Below are positions 9,204 to 18,180 of a DNA stretch of 64,000 bases, one piece after another (within the stretch, counting starts at the first letter, position 1; each line of letters begins with the position of its first letter). Origin of the DNA: Candidatus Zixiibacteriota bacterium (GTDB lineage: Bacteria; Zixibacteria; MSB-5A5; GN15; FEB-12); the NCBI GenBank assembly GCA_029860345.1, contig JAOUBJ010000003.1:68709-132708 (forward strand), in the 5' to 3' direction. The position numbers and the translations under genes are program-made. The notes beneath the pieces are model-generated. The model saw only the letters and a program-made list of their open reading frames with translations, ran no database searches and was not told where the DNA came from.

Positions 9204-9420
9204 GTGGGCGGCAAGTGGAAGCCACTTGTGGCCGTCCTCGTCTGCCCCTGCCTCGACTCCGCTCGGCATGACATTCTCGCGGCGCACGAAGACGTACACC
9301 GCGCACGAAGCGATTGTGGGCGGCATGTGAAGACCACTTGTGACGGCTCCTGTCTGCCTCTACCCCGACTCCGCTCGGCATGACATTCTCGTGGCGCAAG
9401 AGAACGTACACCACACACAG
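9204..9420. repeat. ~112-bp tandem repeat, ~1.9 copies, made of dispersed modules
   Basis: gtgggcggca... begins at 9204 and again at 9316. Both copies contain cgactccgctcggcatgacattctcg and acgtacacc modules, which also occur at 1540-1560, 19961-20185 and 52520-52545. Confidence 0.8.
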
Positions 9421-9443
9421 TCCCTAAGTTTTTCAACAGCCTG

Positions 9444-10319
9444 CTAATGCCGACGCTCCCTTGCTTTGAAAAAGTTTATAAGAGGGACGATATACGACTG
9501 GTCGGTGTGAATGTCGATAAAGTCGAGGTTTATCAATTGGAAGCCTCTTTTCAGGTCAGAGGTATCTTCGTCCGCTTTGGCTGCGAACTGTCTACGGAAG
9601 GTCCGCGATCCGGTGTCGACCATGATTACCTCACCCGTCTCGGCATCCTCAAGTTCGATCAAGCCGACATCATCAAAACGAGTCTCGCGCGGATCGGTGA
9701 TTTTCACGGCGATAATATCATGCTTGTTGTTGGCGATACGAAGGGGGCGAAAGAAATCCTCCGACAAAAAGTCCGACACCAAAAACACCACCGATTTTCT
9801 TTTGATGACTTTGTTGAAATACTCAAGAGCGCCGCCGATGTCGGTCTTTGTTCCCTCCGGCTTGAAATACAAGACTTCCCGAATGAGCCTGAGAACATGG
9901 CCACGGCCTTTTTTGGGCGGCACGAACTTCTCGATAGTGTCGGTGAATATTATCAAGCCGACTTTGTCGTTGTTCTTGATAGCCGAGAAGGCCAACAATG
10001 CGCACAGTTCCGCCGCCATATCGCTCTTGAATCGACCCCGGGTGCCGAACCGACCGGACGATGAAGCATCGACCAACAGCACCACCGACAGTTCACGCTC
10101 TTCCTTGAACTTTTTGATATGCGGATAGCCGGTACGAGCCGTTACGTTCCAATCAATCAGACGCACATCATCGCCGGGCTCGTACAGACGTACTTCCTCA
10201 AACTCCATCCCCTGACCTTTGAAAGTGGAGTGATACTCGCCCGAAAAGAGGTCGTTGACCAGTTTTTTGGTCCGAATCTCTATTCGACGAATCTTTTTGA
10301 GTACTTCCTTCGGGATCAT
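9444..10319 (-). CDS. DUF58 domain protein (MoxR-associated, VWA-like)
   Basis: 291-aa ORF. Signature GEYHSTFKGQGMEFEEVRLYEPGDDVRLIDWNVTAR. Lies immediately downstream of the MoxR ATPase. Confidence 0.85.
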   Translation of the reverse strand: MIPKEVLKKIRRIEIRTKKLVNDLFSGEYHSTFKGQGMEFEEVRLYEPGDDVRLIDWNVTARTGYPHIKKFKEERELSVVLLVDASSSGRFGTRGRFKSDMAAELCALLAFSAIKNNDKVGLIIFTDTIEKFVPPKKGRGHVLRLIREVLYFKPEGTKTDIGGALEYFNKVIKRKSVVFLVSDFLSEDFFRPLRIANNKHDIIAVKITDPRETRFDDVGLIELEDAETGEVIMVDTGSRTFRRQFAAKADEDTSDLKRGFQLINLDFIDIHTDQSYIVPLINFFKARERRH

Positions 10320-10328
10320 AGGCGTCTG

Positions 10329-11318
10329 CTACGGAACTTCTATAGTGTCGAAGATCTTCGCGACGATGTTGTCCGAGTCGATCTCCTCCGCCTCCGCTTC
10401 ATAGGTGATAATGACGCGATGGCGCAGCACGTCGTAGCCGACCGCCTTGACATCCTCAGGCGTGATGTAACCACGACCTTTCAGGAAAGCATGAGCCTTC
10501 GCAGCCAGGTTGAGATAGATCGATGCCCTGGGCGAAGCGCCGTAGGCGATCAGATCGGTCAGGTCGCCCAGACCATACTTGGCCGGTTCGCGCGAGGCAA
10601 AGACGATGTTGATGATATACTCTTTGACTTTGTCGTCGACGTAGATATCCCTGAGGACCTTCCGGGCATTCAGAATCTCGGTCGGCGTGACCACTTTTGA
10701 GACTTGCTCAACCAGGGCGCCGGTGTTACGATCCATAATCTCGCGTTCTTCAGCCGGGGTCGGATAGCCTATCTTTAGCATCAGCATAAACCGGTCAACC
10801 TGCGCTTCAGGCAAAGGGTAGGTACCCTCCTGCTCAATCGGGTTCTGTGTGGCCAGAACCAGAAAAGGCGCGTCCAACGGGAAAGTGGTTTCACCAATCG
10901 TAACCTGCCGCTCCTGCATCGCTTCCAACAAAGCCGACTGTACTTTGGCCGGGGCACGGTTTATCTCGTCGGCCAGAATAATATTGGCGAAGATAGGACC
11001 TTTTTTCACCGAGAACTCAGATGTCTGAGGATTGTAAATCTGCGTGCCAATCAGGTCAGCCGGCAAAAGATCGGGTGTAAACTGAAGCCTTTGGAACTTG
11101 GCATCGATGGCATCCGACAGCGTTTTTACCGATAGCGTTTTGGCCAAACCCGGCACACCCTGAATTAGGATGTGACCGTCGGCCAGAATTCCAATCAGGA
11201 GCCGGTCTATGAGATACTGTTGACCGACGATGACATTATGCATTTGCTGAGTCAATCGTTCAACAAATGACGACTCCTCTTCTACCTTGGCTTGAATTGC
11301 TTCAATGTCGATGTTCAT
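10329..11318 (-). CDS. MoxR-family AAA+ ATPase
   Basis: 329-aa ORF. Walker A-like GVPGLAKT, Walker B ILADEINRAPAKVQSALLEAMQERQVT, and family-typical VLATQNPIEQEGTYPLPEAQVDRF. Confidence 0.9.
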   Translation of the reverse strand: MNIDIEAIQAKVEEESSFVERLTQQMHNVIVGQQYLIDRLLIGILADGHILIQGVPGLAKTLSVKTLSDAIDAKFQRLQFTPDLLPADLIGTQIYNPQTSEFSVKKGPIFANIILADEINRAPAKVQSALLEAMQERQVTIGETTFPLDAPFLVLATQNPIEQEGTYPLPEAQVDRFMLMLKIGYPTPAEEREIMDRNTGALVEQVSKVVTPTEILNARKVLRDIYVDDKVKEYIINIVFASREPAKYGLGDLTDLIAYGASPRASIYLNLAAKAHAFLKGRGYITPEDVKAVGYDVLRHRVIITYEAEAEEIDSDNIVAKIFDTIEVP

Positions 11319-11341
11319 TCATCCTCCGGTATCGTTCAAAA

Positions 11342-12199
11342 CTAAAGTTTCTCAAACAGTTGGCGGATTTCCGCTTCGAGTCTAATGGTCTGACCCGGAC
11401 CCACTGAGACCGGGCTGAATTTGTCGCGCGCCGCCTGTGCGAACCAGGCTGCGATTTTCGAACCTGACTGGTCGCTCAAACCGACTGAGAGAAGTTGATC
11501 TTTCAGGTCCTCCTGGCCTATTCCTTCCGGACTGAGGCCGTATTGTCGGCTGAGGAATTCGGTCATAATCTTGTGCAGCCCGGTCTGGAACCGCTTGTGG
11601 TCGTTTCCGGACTCAGTTTTCAACCGGCTCAACTCATCCAGGAACTGTTCCACTACCGTTCTTACCGGTTCCAACCGCTGCTGGTTCCGGGCTCGTCTGT
11701 TAATAACTGTTAACAATCCGACCACCGCGATCAGGACGGCGCCGCCCAGCCACCAGAATATCGTAAAATCGAACGGTTCCACGGGCGGCAGCGGCTGGGC
11801 AATTGATATGGTCATCGCTTCGGTGGTCAATTCACCCGGCAACGAATCCGGCCAGGTATAATAGCTGATCGTAACCGGCGCTATGTGTCCCAATCCGGAC
11901 GATTTCGGCAGCAGGACATAGCGGTATTTCTTGATCGTTCTCTCGGATTCGTCATCGCCGGCCGAAGCCACCGATGAGGAGAAGCCGCGAACAGTCATCC
12001 GGTCTATTATGGGACTGAGCGGCCGGGGAAACAAGTAGGCAGCCTGCGATCCGTCCCAGGACAGCTCGATCTCGAACAGCACGCTGTCTTCAAAGGCAAT
12101 ACTGGAACTGCTTACCGTCTGGCTGACTGAGATGCCATCGGCTAGTATCGAAGCGGCTATTGTTGAAAGGGAGAGAAGCGTTATCAGTTGCTTGATCAT
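11342..12199 (-). CDS. Hypothetical membrane protein with the same layout as 7170..8261 (beta ectodomain + TM + helical tail)
   Basis: 285-aa ORF. Signal peptide MIKQLITLLSLSTIAASILA, TM IFWWLGGAVLIAVVGLLTVI, and C-terminal helical region. First gene of the MoxR cluster. Confidence 0.4.
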   Translation of the reverse strand: MIKQLITLLSLSTIAASILADGISVSQTVSSSSIAFEDSVLFEIELSWDGSQAAYLFPRPLSPIIDRMTVRGFSSSVASAGDDESERTIKKYRYVLLPKSSGLGHIAPVTISYYTWPDSLPGELTTEAMTISIAQPLPPVEPFDFTIFWWLGGAVLIAVVGLLTVINRRARNQQRLEPVRTVVEQFLDELSRLKTESGNDHKRFQTGLHKIMTEFLSRQYGLSPEGIGQEDLKDQLLSVGLSDQSGSKIAAWFAQAARDKFSPVSVGPGQTIRLEAEIRQLFEKL

Positions 12200-12347
12200 T
12201 TTGAAGAACCGTGAATCTAACTCCTGTTTGGGGCCGACTTTCCAGCGGTACGGTTAACGCCGGGCGGTTGTTTCGTTTTTTGCCTGCGTCCAGCCCTGCT
12301 CGTAACGGCTGTTATACGCGCAAGCTCATTGTTCGTTTCCCAAAAGC

Positions 12348-13211
12348 TCAGGCCACCCAAATGGCCACAATTCCCACGACCATTCCAGCCTTCAAGGCCC
12401 AGGACACAGTCTGCAACATCCCGTCAGTGGGCCGGAGACAAAGTAAAAACAAAAGTGCGCCCAGAGGCAAGTCCATTATGAATACCGTAATCAGTTTGTA
12501 CCAGCCGCCAAACCAGTCCAGCAAAATGGGGACGAGCGTCAGCACCGCCAAGAGCATGAAAAAACCCCAGGCGAGCCAAAGTGACCGCCTGACACCGACC
12601 AGTTGCGGCAAAGTCCTCACTTCCAACCGTCGATCGCCCTCAATGTCCTGAACATCTTTGACGATTTCCCGCACCAGGTGAAAAATAAACGCAAATAGCG
12701 CCGGAATCAGCGGCCCCGGTAGTCCGAAAGCGGCGGCAGTATCGACCGCCATACCACCGGTCAAAAAAGTCATACCACCCAGAATGGAAATGATTACGTT
12801 GCCAAGAAAAGTGACCCGCTTCAGCTTGAAATTGTAGGCCATCAGCAGCCCGATTGCTACCAGCCCGATCAGGGCCACCGCCATACTGACAGTCAGGGCC
12901 ACGGCCAGGGCGGCCAGATTCAGAATCACAGCCAGTGTTATCGCATAGCGGCGGCTGAGCGCTTGCCTGACCAATACACGCTGTGGACGGTTGATGCGGT
13001 CTATGTCTATGTCGACCAGATCGTTTACGATATTCCCGGCGGCGCAAACGAAGGCGGCACACAAAGCCGCCATAGCCGGTCCATAGTAGGCCACACTGGC
13101 CTCGACCAAATGCGCGCCCAACCCCACTCCCAACATGGCCATGATGCAATTGATAACGCGAATCAGCCTGAGTGTTTCTATCAGCTTACGCACAGTTGAG
13201 GATAGGCACAT
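12348..13211 (-). CDS. UbiA-family prenyltransferase (DGGGP-synthase-like subgroup suggested)
   Basis: Multi-TM protein with an Asp-rich motif AAGNIVNDLVDIDIDRINRPQRVL and a second Asp-rich region VKDVQDIEGD. I chose ATG at 13211 (MCLSSTVRKL...), 20 nt after the upstream stop, rather than the track start at 13274. Confidence 0.7.
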   Translation of the reverse strand: MCLSSTVRKLIETLRLIRVINCIMAMLGVGLGAHLVEASVAYYGPAMAALCAAFVCAAGNIVNDLVDIDIDRINRPQRVLVRQALSRRYAITLAVILNLAALAVALTVSMAVALIGLVAIGLLMAYNFKLKRVTFLGNVIISILGGMTFLTGGMAVDTAAAFGLPGPLIPALFAFIFHLVREIVKDVQDIEGDRRLEVRTLPQLVGVRRSLWLAWGFFMLLAVLTLVPILLDWFGGWYKLITVFIMDLPLGALLFLLCLRPTDGMLQTVSWALKAGMVVGIVAIWVA

Positions 13212-13230
13212 GTCACCGTGGTGGTCAAGT

Positions 13231-14862
13231 TTAGATGTCGGCTGAGAACTCGATGGAGAGTCGCGGCTGGTCAATGGCCGACTCCGGATTCCAGCCCAGT
13301 GACAGCCGCAAGCGGCTTCCCGGCCCTATCACGGCCAGCCCCACTCCGTAGCCGTGACGATAGCGTTCTTCCGTATAGACCGAACCATCGAAGCGGCGCA
13401 CCCGATTGTTCAGATAGGCGCCGTCATGGAACAAGTACAGGTAGCCGCTTTCAAAACGAAAACGCGGTTCCACGGTGCCTATCACGGCATGCACAGCCGG
13501 GAAGTTCTCGTTGCGAAAACCGCGAAGCGAGCGCGGCCCGCCTATCAGGAACAACTCCGATGTCGGCGGCAGTGGCTCATCGGTCAGATAGCCCAGGTAC
13601 CTTACCCCCAGCTTTGTAACCAGCCGTCCCCAAAGCGCAGGCGCCAGTTGCATTGCCACAGCAGCGCGTGTATCGTTCAAGACCCGATGTTCAATCTCGG
13701 CGGTCGCACTGTCCTGCCGGTAGCGTCGATGAGCGTAGATCAGGGACCACGAAAGCGCCCAGCCGCCGGTCGGATTGTGTTCAGGGTGCAGAGTCTGTCG
13801 CTCAGAAGAAAGTTTGGCGGCCCAACGGACGAACGAAGGGTGATAATCGTCGGGCGTCACTGCTTTGTATGATACTCCCAAGCCCCCCTCCCAGCCGGCA
13901 GCCAGACGGGCGGTGTAATCGGCGCCGGCGTAGAACTCGTAGAACTGATCCCGATAGTCCCGGGTCGACACTTCAATGCCAAGCCTTCCCACTCCGGCGA
14001 GATAGAGCGGCTGCCGGTATTTCAACAACAGGCTATTACGCCCTTTTTCGGATCGCTCGGTATGAACCCATGCCTGCCGACCCCGGCCGAACATATTGGT
14101 GAATGCCGCCCTCAGCGACCAGACCAGACCGATAGATGCATCCGGGATGTAACCGGCGCTGCCTTCGAGATGAAACTGCTTTCGTTCGGCAAAACCGATT
14201 TCCAACGCTGCCGCCCTAAAGCCGGTTTGTGGCTGCACTCGCAGCGGCGGCTGGAACACAACCTGGTCCAACTCATCAGCCGCCGCTTCGACCGAGCGCA
14301 AAAGCCGACCGGTCAGCGTATCACCCCGACGAACCGGCAGGCTGCGTTCGATCATGGCAGGGAGGCTTCGCGTAAGTCCGACCAAGCGCAAGTCTGATAC
14401 CGTCACAACCGGACCCCGGTTGAGGTTGATATCCAGATTCACCGAATGACCGTCCCGATGCACACCACTGATTTGCATCGATGCGAAGTAGTACCCTCGG
14501 TCGTTCAATCTGTCGATTATGCCGGCCAGCCGGTCCTGAACGTTGCGACGACTGAAGAAGCCCTGACCGTAGACATCAAAAGTGCTATCTCCGAAGATAG
14601 CTATCCGACCCAGACTGAATCTCGACCCACCATGGACAATCAGACTCTCGCCACGAAGCCCGGCCCTGGCCTCAAGGTATCCCAGATCATGCAAGAGTAC
14701 CTCCGCGCTGTCAGCTTGTTCTCTCGCCGATAACCGAGAGGCCGTCAGCCGCTTGATCTGCTTTGCGTTTACCGGATGATCGCCGCGCCAAACCAGTTCG
14801 CCCGCCGAGCCGCAAGCGGCTATCACGGCTGTAATCAGTATTATAATGGCTGGTCGCTTCAT
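13231..14862 (-). CDS. Omp85/BamA-family outer-membrane protein (POTRA + surface-antigen barrel)
   Basis: 543-aa ORF. Signal peptide MKRPAIIILITAVIAACGSA, POTRA-like N-terminal region, and a Gly/aromatic-rich beta-barrel-type C-terminal half (LIGGPRSLRGFRNENF..., GYGVGLAV). Confidence 0.6.
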   Translation of the reverse strand: MKRPAIIILITAVIAACGSAGELVWRGDHPVNAKQIKRLTASRLSAREQADSAEVLLHDLGYLEARAGLRGESLIVHGGSRFSLGRIAIFGDSTFDVYGQGFFSRRNVQDRLAGIIDRLNDRGYYFASMQISGVHRDGHSVNLDINLNRGPVVTVSDLRLVGLTRSLPAMIERSLPVRRGDTLTGRLLRSVEAAADELDQVVFQPPLRVQPQTGFRAAALEIGFAERKQFHLEGSAGYIPDASIGLVWSLRAAFTNMFGRGRQAWVHTERSEKGRNSLLLKYRQPLYLAGVGRLGIEVSTRDYRDQFYEFYAGADYTARLAAGWEGGLGVSYKAVTPDDYHPSFVRWAAKLSSERQTLHPEHNPTGGWALSWSLIYAHRRYRQDSATAEIEHRVLNDTRAAVAMQLAPALWGRLVTKLGVRYLGYLTDEPLPPTSELFLIGGPRSLRGFRNENFPAVHAVIGTVEPRFRFESGYLYLFHDGAYLNNRVRRFDGSVYTEERYRHGYGVGLAVIGPGSRLRLSLGWNPESAIDQPRLSIEFSADI

Positions 14863-14868
14863 AACAGA

Positions 14869-17800
14869 TCAGAATCCCGCCACCATCTCGGTGCGACCGG
14901 TCAATCGGGCCGTGCGGTTGTCGGCATGGCGACCGGTCAACGAGAAATTGAGACGAACCTCACCTTTCACCCCGTAGTTCAGGTTTACCGACCAGATAGC
15001 ACCCTTCTCACCAGGTCTGTTGTCGGTCAGGAAGTAGGAGTGCGACCCCCCAACGTTGGTCAATCGTTGGCTGTACCCCTCAAGCGAGGAGCGCAACTCC
15101 CCTTTGCGCACCATCTGCCACCGCGCGTTCAGTGAGACGGTATAGAGTTGCGAGAGTTCGTCGGTCGATGATTTTGCGCGACGGTAGCTGCCGGTAGTTG
15201 TGATTTCCAAAACCGTAATTCGTCGACGCGCCGAGATACTGATCTTATAACCATCGATCTCTCCCGAACTTCCATAGTAACGGTCACGGTCGACCTGGAA
15301 GAGTTCCAGCTTTTGTTCCAGATAGGTATCCAGGGCCACCTCTTTTAGGTTCAACGATTCTTCTCGCTGCCTGCGCAACCGGGGTGCGTCGGCCACCTGA
15401 CGGCGCTGCATGGTCTCGCGGTACGACAGGTTGATCACGTGAAAACCGCCCACCTTCCACAAACGCAGGTCTGAATCGTATTGACGATCATAAAACAGGT
15501 ACGGCTCAGACTCATCTGAATAAAAGGGCAGACTCCACAAGAGCCCGCGATTACCACCATCGAGAAGTTCTTCGTTGATACGCGAATTGAAACGGACATA
15601 GACATGGTTGAACTCACGCCTGAGGTGAAAACTTTTCTCGCCGCGACGAACCCGCGAACGCTCGGAAAGGAGTTGGTCGACCTGGATGAAGTTGCCGTCG
15701 GGATCGGGGACGAATATGCTGTCCTCGAAAATGAAGTCGCCCCGGCCCGGTTCAACTTCCAGGTAGGTCAAGCCACGGGCATGGCGCGACTCGGTGGAGA
15801 TGGTGTAAGCTCCTTCGATAGTCAGTCGTCTATGTTGACTGTGGTAGCGATAACCCAACCGCCCCAGAAAACTGCGTTCCGTGATACTTGGGCCGTCCAG
15901 CCACTGATGGGTCACAGTCAACTGGTAACTCATTTCGCCGATGCGACGGTTGGATGCCAGCGCAATTCGCCTCCGCCTCAGACTCTGTTGCCAATCTGTT
16001 ACAAGGCTGTCTTCGCCATACTGTTCAAAACGGAGGTTCTCGTTTTCACCGGACAATCCAATGCTGGACCTCAGATACCGGGTCCCCTGGGCGATTCCGT
16101 TATACTCGTGCTTGCGGTTGTCTGACTCGACCAACGACGTGAGGCTGATGTTTTTGGTTAAACCAAACCGCACCCGTCCCAGCAGGTTTTCACCATCACC
16201 CTGGCGTGACTGAGCGTCGGGTGAAAACTCCGATCTGATGGCGTAGGCCTCCAGAGTTATGTCGACCCGATCGTGCGGCTGGACTTGCAGGCCGAGGTGA
16301 CCCTTGTTGGCCTGGAACTGTTCAGCGTACTGAAGCCGTCCAAATTCGGAACGCACTGTCAGGAAACCGAACGGTCTGGCGACACTTCTTCCGCGAAACA
16401 CTGTTTCATCATCGTCCTGATCGTATTGCCGTGGTAGCAGAAACTCGCGGCGGAACTCCGGTTCGTTCAACCGTTCCAGGGTCATGTATTCAGATTGCCG
16501 ATGACGGACGGTGAGAGTCAGTTCATCCTCGCGACCGAAACGCTTATCGAGATTCACGCGGTAATAGAGGCCGTCATTGTTGTCGTCGTCCAAAGATGAA
16601 AACAAGTTGCGATCAAAGCGGCTCTGACGCACATCGGTGCTGATGGTGCCCAGCGTTGCGGTTTTGAGTCGGGCTCGCAGGCGGTAGTGATCGGTCCGCA
16701 CGGCTGCAGCCAGAGTGACCAGGGGAAGATAGTCGCCCTGCCCGGCGCCCGAGAACTCGTAGACGTCCGCACCGAGAAAACGATAACTCCCCGCACCCAG
16801 ACCGACGAAACTGAAAGTGACACGGTAGTCGCCGTTGGGAACGCCGACATACTGAAACACAGAATCGGGCAGACTGTCGGCAATCAACCGGTATGCGCCA
16901 AGGCTGTCCTCTGTCGCCGAGGATCGCACCGCTTGTTGGGTACTGTCGCCAAGCTCCGAAAGAAGTTCGGTATTGGCCGCCGACAGTTCACCCCAGAGCG
17001 GCTGGTCTTTGTCGTCACCGTCGCGCTGAACTTCAACGTCGACAGAGAACATCGAATCTCCAAACACGGCACCGCCGGCCATCGACAACAGTTCACCTTT
17101 GTAGTCGGCTATCAGCGGCTCGAAGTCGATTTCGATTCTGCTGCGCCGGTCGATGGGATGATTGACATTGAAAGTTATGCCGCCGACCGGATATTCCATG
17201 GTGTAATCTTTGGTCGTGCCGCGCTCCAGGCGCTCACCATCCAGCCAGACCGACTCCGAACCGGGGACTATCGGCTGAATACGAGAACTCTCACCGATGA
17301 AGTAAGGTCCCTGCAAGCCATCGTCACCTGCGATACGCACGCTGGCAAACCTTCCTTTGGGTCGGGCAGCCAGAGCATCGACCCGCCAGTTTGGTTTATG
17401 CACCATGAACCTGACCCCGGACAGAGCTCGGGGGATTACTCGCGATGGCGAAATGCGACTGCTCACGGATATGTCTCCGATTTGGGCCGTGACCGATGGG
17501 GAGTTCAACTGTAGTCGGACCTTGTCCAGTTCGTTGAGCCGACTGTCGGCGGTGCCGTATGATGGGTCGTAGCCACGGTCGGAGACAGCGCCGCTGATGA
17601 TAACGCCGGGGGCCAACTCACCCTCGACAGAAAGATCCAATGATTGGCTGAACTGGGAAGGTCCATTGGTTCGCGCCAAAAAACGAAAGGTCTTGGCGCC
17701 GGTTAGCGACACGCTGCTTTCATCGGCAGCTCGACCGGGCAGGCCGAGGTCGGTAGAGAACTCCGGGACCGTTGGCTGGGCCGGGGTCGTCGTCGGCAGA

Positions 17801-18180
17801 CTGGCGCCGTAGCTTGTTTTGAGCCATTCAGGCAGCCGGTGGTAGCTTGCAATCAGCGTGTCGTTAACGGTCGGCTCAAGCGATGAAAGATCAAAGGCGC
17901 CTTGCCCGCTTGCAAAACTATAGTCAACACCGCGCCTCAAGTGGCGGCCGTTGAAATAGAGCGAGTCCGATCCGTCGAATATGTGGTGTGATCCGATAAA
18001 CAAACGGCTTGGGATATCAGGTCCAACCAAAACCTGCCGGACCGTGCCGCCGGTCACAGAGGCAGCCAACATGAACAAGAGAGAGCTAATTGTGAGAAAG
18101 AAAGATCGGCTCAGGCCGCTTGCGGGTTTGCACAAAGAGCCTATGCTCCGTTGGGCTTTGCCCTTAGTCCGTCTCATCAT
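14869..18180 (-). CDS. Large hypothetical outer-membrane beta-barrel-type protein
   Basis: 1103-aa ORF. N-terminal hydrophobic signal, amphipathic beta-strand-like composition throughout, and a C-terminal ...RTEMVAGF ending in Phe as in many OMPs. I recognise no family. Confidence 0.35.
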   Translation of the reverse strand: MMRRTKGKAQRSIGSLCKPASGLSRSFFLTISSLLFMLAASVTGGTVRQVLVGPDIPSRLFIGSHHIFDGSDSLYFNGRHLRRGVDYSFASGQGAFDLSSLEPTVNDTLIASYHRLPEWLKTSYGASLPTTTPAQPTVPEFSTDLGLPGRAADESSVSLTGAKTFRFLARTNGPSQFSQSLDLSVEGELAPGVIISGAVSDRGYDPSYGTADSRLNELDKVRLQLNSPSVTAQIGDISVSSRISPSRVIPRALSGVRFMVHKPNWRVDALAARPKGRFASVRIAGDDGLQGPYFIGESSRIQPIVPGSESVWLDGERLERGTTKDYTMEYPVGGITFNVNHPIDRRSRIEIDFEPLIADYKGELLSMAGGAVFGDSMFSVDVEVQRDGDDKDQPLWGELSAANTELLSELGDSTQQAVRSSATEDSLGAYRLIADSLPDSVFQYVGVPNGDYRVTFSFVGLGAGSYRFLGADVYEFSGAGQGDYLPLVTLAAAVRTDHYRLRARLKTATLGTISTDVRQSRFDRNLFSSLDDDNNDGLYYRVNLDKRFGREDELTLTVRHRQSEYMTLERLNEPEFRREFLLPRQYDQDDDETVFRGRSVARPFGFLTVRSEFGRLQYAEQFQANKGHLGLQVQPHDRVDITLEAYAIRSEFSPDAQSRQGDGENLLGRVRFGLTKNISLTSLVESDNRKHEYNGIAQGTRYLRSSIGLSGENENLRFEQYGEDSLVTDWQQSLRRRRIALASNRRIGEMSYQLTVTHQWLDGPSITERSFLGRLGYRYHSQHRRLTIEGAYTISTESRHARGLTYLEVEPGRGDFIFEDSIFVPDPDGNFIQVDQLLSERSRVRRGEKSFHLRREFNHVYVRFNSRINEELLDGGNRGLLWSLPFYSDESEPYLFYDRQYDSDLRLWKVGGFHVINLSYRETMQRRQVADAPRLRRQREESLNLKEVALDTYLEQKLELFQVDRDRYYGSSGEIDGYKISISARRRITVLEITTTGSYRRAKSSTDELSQLYTVSLNARWQMVRKGELRSSLEGYSQRLTNVGGSHSYFLTDNRPGEKGAIWSVNLNYGVKGEVRLNFSLTGRHADNRTARLTGRTEMVAGF

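Noticed and set aside
9447-10128. Two 205-aa plus-strand ORFs (9447..10064 and 9511..10128)
   Set aside because: They are antisense to the strongly supported DUF58 gene and have no recognisable motifs. This is typical shadow-ORF behaviour in GC-rich coding DNA. The same reasoning applies to most antisense ORFs inside 13231-31488, 36342-37631 and 60746-62912.
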